Source: a virus. Taken from it: 64,000 nt of DNA. The stretch is taken from positions 28,103 to 92,102 of IMG/VR virus record IMGVR_UViG_3300020469_003886; one strand, given 5' to 3'. Positions 29,455-37,893 of the stretch are shown piece after piece. The notes beneath the pieces were generated by a model that worked only from the letters and a program-made list of their open reading frames with translations, did no database searches and had not been told where the DNA came from. Made by a program: the position numbers and the translations under genes. How positions within the stretch are numbered: position 1 is the stretch's first letter; each line of letters opens with the position of its first letter.

Positions 29455-30020
29455 ACTGCTTCAACTGTATGTACTTCTGAGATGTAATGTTTTAACATAT
29501 TTTCAATGCCCATTTTGAGAGTTGCTGTCGAGCTCGGACAGCCTGAACAAGCACCATACATTTCTAAATACACAGTTCCATTTTCAAAACTGTGAAAAAT
29601 AATATCTCCGCCATCCATTGCTACTGCTGGTCTTACACGTTCATCAAGTAGTTGGACTATTTTTTTTGTGATTTTATCTGTACCTGCATCATCATTAATT
29701 GTTTCACAAGCAGGTTTTGTTTCTTCAACAATAAATGGTCCTTCACTGTGATATCTAATTGTTTCTGTAATATCGCTTTTGATATCTTCCCATTCTACTG
29801 TGTCGTCTTTACCTACTGTAATAAAGTCTGACCCAAAAAATACATCTTGTATTCCATTTATTTTAAACAGTGCGTATGCCACAGGAGCATCTGCAGATGG
29901 ATTACCTTCAGGATCTTTTTTATAAAAAAGTGGTGTTTTGTTGCCTCTGACATCTACGTTAGGTAAGAATTTTAAAGCATTTGGATTTGGGGTTAATTCT
30001 GTTTGTATCATCATTTCCAT
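29451..30020 (-). CDS. Nfu/NifU-family Fe-S carrier (Nfu_N plus NifU_C)
   Basis: TPNPNALKF, RVRPAVAMDGGDI, GACSGCPSS.ATLK.GIE. Confidence 0.93.
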   Translation of the reverse strand: MEMMIQTELTPNPNALKFLPNVDVRGNKTPLFYKKDPEGNPSADAPVAYALFKINGIQDVFFGSDFITVGKDDTVEWEDIKSDITETIRYHSEGPFIVEETKPACETINDDAGTDKITKKIVQLLDERVRPAVAMDGGDIIFHSFENGTVYLEMYGACSGCPSSTATLKMGIENMLKHYISEVHTVEAV

Positions 30021-30027
30021 ATTATTT

Positions 30028-30055
30028 ATTATAGTTGTTTTAATGTTTTTGTCAA
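30028..30055 (-). promoter_or_regulatory. Sigma70 promoter, leaderless geometry (nfu)
   Basis: TTGACA-N16-TATAAT-N7-ATG. Confidence 0.7.
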
Positions 30056-30058
30056 GTA

Positions 30059-31024
30059 TTATTTTAATTTTGATTCAAATTCTCTCAAACGTTTGTATAC
30101 ACTTGCAAGTTCAATAATAGTAGGCCATGCTTTTAATAGATATTGCATTGATCCTTCAACTCTTCCAAATGCTCTTATGATTTGTTGCATCACACCAAGT
30201 GTAACAACACCTGCTACAATGGCTGGTGCTAAAAATACATAAGCACTTAAAACGTTTGCTTGTAAATATGCCATACGTCCTACGTTAAAATACAAATAAC
30301 GTACATAACTTTTAAAGTGAATACTACGAACATCTGCAAACAGTTCATCAATTTTTTTTGGTCTTACATTTCCATCGTCTTCTGCAATAACTAATATTTT
30401 TCTGTATGCCGCTTCTTGTTTTTGAAGATCATATTCTACACCAACTAGTCGTAATACCCAACCTAGTCCTATTAAAAATATTGTTCCACCAAGTGTCCAA
30501 ACTAATGCACCTGTAATTAATCCATATTGCCAATCACCAAAAAAGAAAATTGGTATTCCAATTGATAATCCAAACAGTATAGGTATAAATTGTATTAATA
30601 TCATTACTGCTTCAATTAGACTTGTGCCTAGTGATTCCATAATACGTGAAAATTTAACTGTGTCTTCTTGTACCCTTTGTGATGCACCTTCTATTTTTCG
30701 TGCTTTGTCATAAACACTGTGATACCACTCAACCATTGCTGTTCTCCAACGGAATAAAAAATGTGCTGTAAAGAAACTTATTAAAACATAAAGTCCAACA
30801 TACATACCTGCTAAAGTAATAAAAGAAAGAAGGCTTGCAAAATACTCTTCGATTGTAATTGCATTTGGTTCTGCAAGTGCTTTTTGTATCATATCATAAA
30901 AAACACCAAACCATTCGTTAATTTTTACGTCAATTTCTACTTGGACCCACAATGAAGATAAAATAATTGCTGATCCGAGCCATGCCCACAATAACCACTT
31001 TCTGGTTGTAAAGAATCTAAACAT
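30059..31024 (-). CDS. SbmA/BacA-like peptide transporter
   Basis: INEWFG.FYDMIQKAL, FRWRTAM, IEGASQRVQEDT, EAAYRK.LV, W.TIIEL.SVYKRLREFE. Confidence 0.9.
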   Translation of the reverse strand: MFRFFTTRKWLLWAWLGSAIILSSLWVQVEIDVKINEWFGVFYDMIQKALAEPNAITIEEYFASLLSFITLAGMYVGLYVLISFFTAHFLFRWRTAMVEWYHSVYDKARKIEGASQRVQEDTVKFSRIMESLGTSLIEAVMILIQFIPILFGLSIGIPIFFFGDWQYGLITGALVWTLGGTIFLIGLGWVLRLVGVEYDLQKQEAAYRKILVIAEDDGNVRPKKIDELFADVRSIHFKSYVRYLYFNVGRMAYLQANVLSAYVFLAPAIVAGVVTLGVMQQIIRAFGRVEGSMQYLLKAWPTIIELASVYKRLREFESKLK

Positions 31025-31025
31025 A

Positions 31026-31337
31026 CTAGGCTTTTTCTACTGTACAGTTCAATGGATGACCTTGCGATCTAGCCTGTGCTGTAGTTTCAATTGCTTTTTG
31101 TTCTGCAATTTCGTGTGTGAATGTTCCGGCAACACCTTTGCCTTCTTCGTGAATCTGCATCATTACTGCTTCAGCGTCTTTTGGAGATTTTCTAAAAATT
31201 GTTTTTAAAATTTCTGTAACAAAATCCATTGGTGTGTAATCATCATTCAACAAATACACATTAAACATACTAGGCTCATCTATTGTTGTCTTTGTACTTG
31301 TTGACGCTTGTACGTTTGCATTTCCTTGTTCTGTCAT
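31026..31337 (-). CDS. clpS: ClpS adaptor
   Basis: LLNDDYTPMDFV, H.EGKGVAG, EIAEQK, HPL.C. Confidence 0.95.
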   Translation of the reverse strand: MTEQGNANVQASTSTKTTIDEPSMFNVYLLNDDYTPMDFVTEILKTIFRKSPKDAEAVMMQIHEEGKGVAGTFTHEIAEQKAIETTAQARSQGHPLNCTVEKA

Positions 31338-31346
31338 TTTTTATCC

Positions 31347-31913
31347 TTATTGTATTTTATCTATTATTATTGCATCTGGCATGATATAAGGAACATATTC
31401 TTGTCTATCTTCTCTATCGTTACCTTGATGAACTTCCATTTGCTCTTTACCTTGATCTTCTTTAATCAAATTAATTGGCATTGGTTGTCCTTTTCTCATT
31501 TCTTCCATTTTTGCAACTTGTTCATGCATTTCTCTATTGTATTGTATAACATAAACACGAGGTTGTCTACCATTAATTGTGTATGCTACAATATCTACCC
31601 AAGATTTTCCTTTTACATCCTTATTGTTGTCTATCAACCAAAGATATATTGCACCAGATCCTGGTTCTTTTATTTCTGGTTCTTCAACAAACGACCCAAT
31701 CATTATATATTTTTCGTTGTTTGGCCAATCATGATATGGATATCCATACATTGTTTTTAATCCTATCCAAGCACTAAGAATTGAAAACAATACTAATGTA
31801 GTAAGTGTGGCTTTTAAATACCATTTTGTTGTTGATGATGATATAAATATCCAAAGAACTGTTGCACCAATCAACATTAATAATAAAACTAAAAATACGT
31901 GTCCTTGTATCAT
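31347..31913 (-). CDS. Two-TM protein with periplasmic domain (third gene of MotA/ExbB trio)
   Basis: Two N-terminal TMs, GYP, IYLW, PR.Y.I.Y; GGAGG SD. Confidence 0.7.
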   Translation of the reverse strand: MIQGHVFLVLLLMLIGATVLWIFISSSTTKWYLKATLTTLVLFSILSAWIGLKTMYGYPYHDWPNNEKYIMIGSFVEEPEIKEPGSGAIYLWLIDNNKDVKGKSWVDIVAYTINGRQPRVYVIQYNREMHEQVAKMEEMRKGQPMPINLIKEDQGKEQMEVHQGNDREDRQEYVPYIMPDAIIIDKIQ

Positions 31914-31914
31914 T

Positions 31915-32583
31915 CTATAATCCTCCCGGGCTCCATGCACCAGAGTTTGCATCTACTAATTTTCCAACTATTCCATAATTTAAAGTGTTGAAATTACTGA
32001 CTGAGCCATCTTCATTTACTGTAAACCTTACCACTGTTGTCTCTACACCTTTTCTATCTAAATTTACTTCTCTTGCATACACAACATTATATGGATTTAT
32101 TTTTTCAACTTGTACTTGAATTGGTAAAGGCACATAGTTCTTTTCACCCATTTGCTCTACAGCAATTTTTTTGTTGTACCAATGCACATTAACAATGTAT
32201 TCGCCAGGTACTATACCTCTTATAGTAACCATTTCTTCATTTCTAAAGACAGTAATTATTTCTCCTTTTGGACCGTACACTGTATCATTTGATGTTCCTA
32301 AATCATCTCTACTAAGACTCATTAATCCAACGTCTTTTGATTTAAATCCTACGTAATTTCCCAAAGGATCTCTCATCCATAAGTCAACATCAGACGGTGA
32401 ATCTGATGGCCAATTAATTTTTACAATAAATTCTGCAACCACTTCAACATTTGATTTTTTTGCTACTGGGTTGATTAATATAAATGCCATAACAAACAAA
32501 AATACAAAGCCAACAAGTGTATTGAATAATAGATCTATGAATGCTACCTGTGAACCGTAACTACGATGACGATTGGTTGCCAT
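31915..32583 (-). CDS. ExbD/MotB-like single-TM partner with YfaP/DUF2135-like periplasmic domain
   Basis: TM AFIDLLFNTL with Asp; DVDLW..DP, L.RDDLG, E....PGEY.VNVHWY. Confidence 0.6.
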   Translation of the reverse strand: MATNRHRSYGSQVAFIDLLFNTLVGFVFLFVMAFILINPVAKKSNVEVVAEFIVKINWPSDSPSDVDLWMRDPLGNYVGFKSKDVGLMSLSRDDLGTSNDTVYGPKGEIITVFRNEEMVTIRGIVPGEYIVNVHWYNKKIAVEQMGEKNYVPLPIQVQVEKINPYNVVYAREVNLDRKGVETTVVRFTVNEDGSVSNFNTLNYGIVGKLVDANSGAWSPGGL

Positions 32584-32584
32584 T

Positions 32585-33148
32585 TTAGTTACCTTTCTGC
32601 TCTACAACTCGCTCAACTAATTTTTCTGCTTGTAATGTTCTATAACGTTCTAGATCTTGATCTAATCTAAAGTATTGAACTTTAAGAATTGTACTTGTAA
32701 TCAAACCTGTTAGGGTTGTATATAATGCTGTTGACATGCCAACTGCCATACTTGCTAATGCAGTTTGTACCGATGAAACGTTTGCAATATTAATTCCTGT
32801 AAAAGCACCTGCCAACATGAGAATAAACCCTGCTACTGTTCCTATCAAACCAAGTGTTAGTAGTACATCTGATGCAAACCAACCTGGTTCGTGTCTTGTA
32901 TCTAAATTTTCTAATTTGTGTAACTCGCCATTTGCAAGTTGGCTTAATTTCCAACTTTCATACCCACAATGTAATGTCATTGAATAAAATATAAAAAGAA
33001 TAAAAAATGATAATTTAGTTTTGTCGTTTGTCCATAAATCTTCGTGTACACCAAAACCTACTAAAACAACTGTCAATGCTATAATAAGTGTAAAGAACCA
33101 CCACCATTTAAGAAATATACTGTGTTTAGTTAATGATTTAATTGCCAT
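32585..33148 (-). CDS. MotA/TolQ/ExbB proton-channel family protein
   Basis: LGLIGTVAGF...GMSTALYTTLTGL. Confidence 0.88.
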   Translation of the reverse strand: MAIKSLTKHSIFLKWWWFFTLIIALTVVLVGFGVHEDLWTNDKTKLSFFILFIFYSMTLHCGYESWKLSQLANGELHKLENLDTRHEPGWFASDVLLTLGLIGTVAGFILMLAGAFTGINIANVSSVQTALASMAVGMSTALYTTLTGLITSTILKVQYFRLDQDLERYRTLQAEKLVERVVEQKGN

Positions 33149-33186
33149 GAGCCTCTTTTCCTAATACTACAATTATTTATCGTATT

Positions 33187-33219
33187 AAGAGAAACCCCGG
33201 CTGTGTTTACCGGGGTTCC
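33187..33219 (-). terminator. Rho-independent terminator after hsp20
   Basis: AACCCCGG-N9-CCGGGGTT followed by TCTCTT. Confidence 0.75.
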
Positions 33220-33244
33220 GCATAAAGTAGTGTGTTAATTAAGA

Positions 33245-33685
33245 TTACTTAATATCAATAGTTTTTGGCTTTTTGTTCTCTGGAATAATTCTTTCCATAG
33301 ATACTCTAAGCAAACCATCTTTAAGTTCAGCACCTTTTATTTCTACATCATCTGCAATCGTAAATGCTTTTGTAAATTGTCTTTTAGAGATTCCTTTGTG
33401 GATAACTCCGTCTGTAGACTCTTTATCTTCATCAGATTTTACAGATTTAATAGTAAGTGTATTTTCAGCATACTCTACATTGATGTCTTTTTTGCTAAAA
33501 CCAGCAAGTGCGACTTCAATATCGTAGGTATTATCACCTGTTCTTACAATATTGTAAGGTGGGTAATTTACTGTGGGTGCTGTGAAAACGTCACCTTCAA
33601 ACATTCTTTCAAAATGGTCAAAAACGTCATCAAACCCAATAGTTACAGGACGTAACTGATTAAAAATAGATAGATTTCTTGTCAT
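33245..33685 (-). CDS. Small heat-shock protein (Hsp20/IbpA family)
   Basis: NYPPYNI, IEVALAGF, HKGISKRQF, A.LKDGLL. Confidence 0.95.
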   Translation of the reverse strand: MTRNLSIFNQLRPVTIGFDDVFDHFERMFEGDVFTAPTVNYPPYNIVRTGDNTYDIEVALAGFSKKDINVEYAENTLTIKSVKSDEDKESTDGVIHKGISKRQFTKAFTIADDVEIKGAELKDGLLRVSMERIIPENKKPKTIDIK

Positions 33686-33755
33686 AATAACTCCTCCTTT
33701 AAAGCAAGTTGTTTTAATGTAGATCCTATCAAAGCAATCTACATGTGTATTTATA
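33686..33755 (-). promoter_or_regulatory. Late promoter plus ROSE-like RNA thermometer leader
   Basis: TATAAATA (33748-33755), then two hairpins each pairing UUGCU with AGGA; the second covers the SD. Confidence 0.65.
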
Positions 33756-33809
33756 CAGTTTTTTACTGTATGTATATTATATAAGCATGAATTTTAAAAA
33801 GTCAAGAGT

Positions 33810-34058
33810 CTAAGAGGATTTTTTTTCTATTTTATCTGAAAAAAGTTCAATATGTTGTCCTGGACCTGTTTTGCTTGGCAAATCACCATATGTTTCTGCA
33901 TATTTTTTTATCACTTCTATGTAGAATACAGTAGAATTATGATGACATTTTTTATTAATTTCTGATAGTCCATTGTTTGTACCATCAATGTGTGTTGCTA
34001 GAGCTCTTGCGGCTTCTTTTTGTAGTGTACGTAAATCTAATGTTTCTAATTCTATCAT
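33810..34058 (-). CDS. Hypothetical protein
   Basis: 82 aa ORF downstream of the tRNAs. Confidence 0.65.
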   Translation of the reverse strand: MIELETLDLRTLQKEAARALATHIDGTNNGLSEINKKCHHNSTVFYIEVIKKYAETYGDLPSKTGPGQHIELFSDKIEKKSS

Positions 34059-34070
34059 ATTATTTCTTTC

Positions 34071-34147
34071 TGGCGGGAGTGAAGGGACTCGAACCCTCGG
34101 CCTTCCGCGTGACAGGCGGACGCTCTAACCAACTGAGCTACACCCCC
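34071..34147 (-). tRNA. tRNA-Asp(GTC)
   Basis: GGGGGTG..TCCGC CT GTC AC GCGGA..CACTCCC G CCA. Confidence 0.97.
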
Positions 34148-34149
34148 AA

Positions 34150-34225
34150 TGGTGGGTAATACAGGACTCGAACCTATGACCCTCTCGGTGTAAACGAGAT
34201 GCTCTACCAACTGAGCTAATCACCC
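34150..34225 (-). tRNA. tRNA-Val(TAC)
   Basis: GGGTGAT..TCTCG TT TAC AC CGAGA..ATTACCC A CCA. Confidence 0.97.
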
Positions 34226-34596
34226 TTGATGTCAATTTCTGTTAATCCTCGTTCTCTATTTAAATACTTATATTCAACCTTGGTAGGATCAAATTGTTTA
34301 ATTTCTTCAAATATTATATCTGTAGGTAAATCACCACAAGTATAGACATCAAGTTGTAATAACCCAGGATCTGTTTCATCCCAACAATGCAATGCTATGT
34401 GAGAAGTTTCAATAATTACTAAACCAGTTAAGCCCCTGTTACCTGGCATATCTAAATATGTTGTAATAGGACCTTGACATATTTGCATACCAATTTTAGA
34501 TACTAAATCTGTTAACCAAGTGTGAGCCCACTTCTGATTAGTAGGTGGCTTATTAACTTCGGCTCTTACTATTAGATGTTTGTGTTGTACCGTCAT
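34216..34596 (-). CDS. speD: S-adenosylmethionine decarboxylase proenzyme; stop codon lies inside tRNA-Val
   Basis: HLI, GLTG.VIIETSHIALH.W, LDVYTCG. Confidence 0.88.
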   Translation of the reverse strand: MTVQHKHLIVRAEVNKPPTNQKWAHTWLTDLVSKIGMQICQGPITTYLDMPGNRGLTGLVIIETSHIALHCWDETDPGLLQLDVYTCGDLPTDIIFEEIKQFDPTKVEYKYLNRERGLTEIDIKGD

Positions 34597-35338
34597 TTTT
34601 AAATACTGGGATTGGTTCCATTTTATGTAAATTCATACTTCTTATTTGACGATATTTATTCAACAACTCCACGTCACTGCCTATTGCAATAGCACCTTTT
34701 TCATCTAGTTCCATTGCTCGTTCCATTTGATCATACGTAAGACCTCCAAGTTGGTCTTTGTCTGTTCTTCCATCTTCCCACAAACCATCTGTTGGTGGTG
34801 CATCAATAATTTCTTGCATAATTCCTAAGTCTTTTCCTAATTGCCAAACTTCTGATTTCATTAAGTCTGCTAATGGAGATATATCAACACCGCCATCTCC
34901 ATATTTTGTGTAAAAACCTACGCCAAAGTCTTCTACTTTATTACCTGTACCTACAACAATTCCTTGTTTAGCACCTGATATATGATGTAGTGTCATCATT
35001 CTAAGTCTTGCTTTTGTATTTGCAAATGCATGTTCACTGCCGTAATCATTAAATGTATCTAACCAAAATCGTTCATACGTTCTGTTCAAATCAATTACTT
35101 CATGTGTCACATTATTGAACTTTTGTTCTAACCAGGATCCATGTTCCATACTTAAATCATGTTGTGATTCGATTTGATTTATTGGCATAGAAACTGCAAT
35201 AGTTTTCATTCTAGTCATAGCACACAATGTACTAACCACTGACGAATCAATACCGCCTGAAATTCCTACAACTAATGTTTTACGATTATTTTCGTTAGCA
35301 TATCTTTTTATCCATTTAGAAATTTTGTCTTGCAACAT
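34553..35338 (-). CDS. nadE: NH3-dependent NAD+ synthetase
   Basis: GISGGIDSS, NTKARLRM, GTGNKVE, FYTKYGDGG.D, PTDGLW. Confidence 0.95.
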   Translation of the reverse strand: MLQDKISKWIKRYANENNRKTLVVGISGGIDSSVVSTLCAMTRMKTIAVSMPINQIESQHDLSMEHGSWLEQKFNNVTHEVIDLNRTYERFWLDTFNDYGSEHAFANTKARLRMMTLHHISGAKQGIVVGTGNKVEDFGVGFYTKYGDGGVDISPLADLMKSEVWQLGKDLGIMQEIIDAPPTDGLWEDGRTDKDQLGGLTYDQMERAMELDEKGAIAIGSDVELLNKYRQIRSMNLHKMEPIPVFKNDGTTQTSNSKSRS

Positions 35339-35344
35339 AAAGGA

Positions 35345-35701
35345 TTAACTCCTTCTTGATTTTTTCTTTGGAGAGATACCAAACTCAGCCGCTTCTGCTT
35401 CTTTTCTCAATTTATGAGCTCTTCTTACTGCACGTTTTTTATCTTCACGTTTTACAAAAGACGGTTTCATGTAATATCTTCTATCACGAAGCTCTTGCAT
35501 AACACCTTCTTTTAACAACATTTTTTTAAGTTTACGCATGGCTTTTTCAACGTTGTTATCAACAACTGCAACTGCCATTCCTGGTAACTTAGGTGGACGT
35601 GGTCTTTTTTCTTTATTGTCTCTACCGTCTTTTTTGTTATAGCCTATGTCAAAAGACTTAACATCATATTTTTGTCTAGGTTTTCCTGTTTTCATATTCA
35701 T
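35345..35701 (-). CDS. rpsU: Ribosomal protein bS21 with basic N- and C-terminal extensions
   Basis: V.V.DNNVEKAMRKLKK....EG...ELR.RRYY.KPS. Confidence 0.9.
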   Translation of the reverse strand: MNMKTGKPRQKYDVKSFDIGYNKKDGRDNKEKRPRPPKLPGMAVAVVDNNVEKAMRKLKKMLLKEGVMQELRDRRYYMKPSFVKREDKKRAVRRAHKLRKEAEAAEFGISPKKKSRRS

Positions 35702-35734
35702 AATACTCTTATATTAACATCTTTATAATATTTG

Positions 35735-36289
35735 TCAACTCTTTTTTGCATCTGCGTCTTTACAAATGACTGCTATAATTCTGTTTCCGGCTTGTTTTGG
35801 TGGTGAATCATATTTGGTTTGCTCTAATTTTTTAACCATCATATTAATTTGATCAATAAACATTTTGCCGTTAGGTATTTCCCTACCTCGCAACCTCATA
35901 ACTATTTTTACTTTATCGCCATCATCAATAAATTCTTGTGCTTTTTTAAGTTTCACATTTAAATCATGCACATCAATATTTGGCCTAAATTGTAATTCAC
36001 GCAATTCGACTCTGTTTTGTCTTTCAAGTTTTTTCTTCTGTTTGTCTTTTTTTTGTTTTTCGTAATTCCATTTACCAAAATCTTGTATTTTACACACAGG
36101 CGGATTTGCTTTTACAGTTGTACAAATTAAATCTAATCCAAATTCCTTGGCTTTAGAAAGTGCAGTTTTACTATCAACTATTCCTATAAATGCTCCATTA
36201 GGATCAATTAACCTAATTTTAGGAAAAGTAATTGCTGTGTTTAATAGCACACTTGGTTGAGAAAACTTATTGCGAAATGGTTTTTTCAC
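35735..36289 (-). CDS. infC: Translation initiation factor IF-3
   Basis: IRLID..G...G, GLDL, PPVCKI.DFGK..Y, RPNID.HD, GDKVK, RGRE; GTG start overlaps the clpX stop. Confidence 0.93.
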   Translation of the reverse strand: MKKPFRNKFSQPSVLLNTAITFPKIRLIDPNGAFIGIVDSKTALSKAKEFGLDLICTTVKANPPVCKIQDFGKWNYEKQKKDKQKKKLERQNRVELRELQFRPNIDVHDLNVKLKKAQEFIDDGDKVKIVMRLRGREIPNGKMFIDQINMMVKKLEQTKYDSPPKQAGNRIIAVICKDADAKKS

Positions 36290-37548
36290 TATGCTCCGTT
36301 TTTCTCTTCTTTAGTTCTATACATTAACATTGGTTGTGTTTCTTCTGTAATCACTTTGTCGTTGATAATAATTTTTTCAACATCTTGTGATTTTAATGTT
36401 GGTAATTCATATTGTAGTTGTAACAATATTTTTTCAAGTACAGAACGTAATCCTCTAGCACCAATTTCTTTTTCAAGTGCTAGTTTGGCTACACAGTCAA
36501 TTGCTTCTTTGGTAAATTCTAATTTAACACCATCTAACTTAAACATTTTTTCAAACTGTTTTAGTACAGCATTTTTTGGTTTGATTAAAACTTTCTTCAG
36601 ATCATCATGTGTTAGATTATGACAAGCAACCACTACAGGTAACCTACCTACCATTTCAGGTATTAATCCAAATTTAACAACATCATCTGGCTGTACTTTT
36701 GTAAGTATTTGATCTGTTTGTTCTTGTGATTCAAAGTTAGACATGAACCCCATAGACGTGTTTACGTTTAACCTACGTTTAACAATTTCATCTAAACCAA
36801 CAAATGCTCCGCCACACACAAACAATATATTTTTTGTATCAACTTCAATCATTTCTTGTTGTGGATGTTTTCTTCCACCTGCGGGTGGAACTCTTACTAT
36901 TGTACCTTCAAGTAATTTTAACAGTGCTTGTTGTACACCTTCACCTGATACATCTCTTGTGATTGATGTGTTTTCTGACTTACGTGATTTTTTGTCAACT
37001 TCATCTATATACACAATACCTCGTTGGGCACGATCAACGTCAAAATCACAACTTTGTAACAGTCTTAAAATAATGTTTTCAACATCGTCGCCAACATAAC
37101 CACTTTCAGTTAATGTTGTGGCATCTGCTTGAGCAAATGGTACGTCTAAATAATCTGCAATTTTTTGTGCCAATAATGTTTTACCACAACCACTTGGGCC
37201 AACTAATAATACATTTGATTTTTCTAATTCAACTCCATCAACAACAGGATTATTTAATCTTTTATAATGGTTATAAACAGCAACCGATAAAACTTTTTTT
37301 GCTTGGCTTTGTCCAATGACATGCCCGTCTAGATGTTTTTTTAATTCATCTGGAACAATTGTTTTTAATTCTTCACTTTGTGTACTGTTCTCTGCTTTTT
37401 GTAAATCATTTTCTTCTAATATAGAGTGACACAATTCTACACATTCGTTACATATATATACTTTAGGTCCTGCAATAAGTTTTCTTACTTTTGCTCTTTC
37501 CTTGCCACAGAATGAACAACAATAAGCATCATCTTTTTTCTTTACCAT
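36289..37548 (-). CDS. clpX: ClpX ATPase
   Basis: Zinc finger [28 protein letters not shown] loop, GARGLR. Confidence 0.97.
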   Translation of the reverse strand: MVKKKDDAYCCSFCGKERAKVRKLIAGPKVYICNECVELCHSILEENDLQKAENSTQSEELKTIVPDELKKHLDGHVIGQSQAKKVLSVAVYNHYKRLNNPVVDGVELEKSNVLLVGPSGCGKTLLAQKIADYLDVPFAQADATTLTESGYVGDDVENIILRLLQSCDFDVDRAQRGIVYIDEVDKKSRKSENTSITRDVSGEGVQQALLKLLEGTIVRVPPAGGRKHPQQEMIEVDTKNILFVCGGAFVGLDEIVKRRLNVNTSMGFMSNFESQEQTDQILTKVQPDDVVKFGLIPEMVGRLPVVVACHNLTHDDLKKVLIKPKNAVLKQFEKMFKLDGVKLEFTKEAIDCVAKLALEKEIGARGLRSVLEKILLQLQYELPTLKSQDVEKIIINDKVITEETQPMLMYRTKEEKNGA

Positions 37549-37893
37549 TTAATCCTTCTTGTCTATTTTACCAACATAAGGTTTAATCCAACCAACTGAT
37601 TTTGGTTTATCTTTTGATTGTTTTAAACTGTCGGCTTTCATTGTTTTATTTATAATAACACGATTTGCGTCAATGTCAATCTCTTTTTTGATTTCTTTTA
37701 GATTAACATTAACATCTTCTCGAAACTTCATTATTACTTCTGGCCTACCAAGAAGTTGATTAACTTCAACTTGTTGTTTAGGTTTGATTTCAATTTCTTC
37801 AACTTTTATTTGATTGTTTTTAGGTTGTTCTTGCTTTGGAAGTTTAACTTTATCTTGAATGGATAAATTTATGCTATCCTTTGTCGTCAGTCT
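37549..37893 (-). CDS. Probable -1 frameshift extension (114 aa) of the upstream membrane protein; includes the 60 aa track ORF
   Basis: Frame stays open for 54 codons upstream of ATG 37731, back to the A9 run. Confidence 0.6.
   Translation of the reverse strand, partial: RLTTKDSINLSIQDKVKLPKQEQPKNNQIKVEEIEIKPKQQVEVNQLLGRPEVIMKFREDVNVNLKEIKKEIDIDANRVIINKTMKADSLKQSKDKPKSVGWIKPYVGKIDKKD

Noticed and set aside
31347-33148. Zorya defence system
   Set aside because: The MotA-like protein lacks the long ZorA tail, the partner lacks an OmpA domain, and there is no ZorC/D/E.
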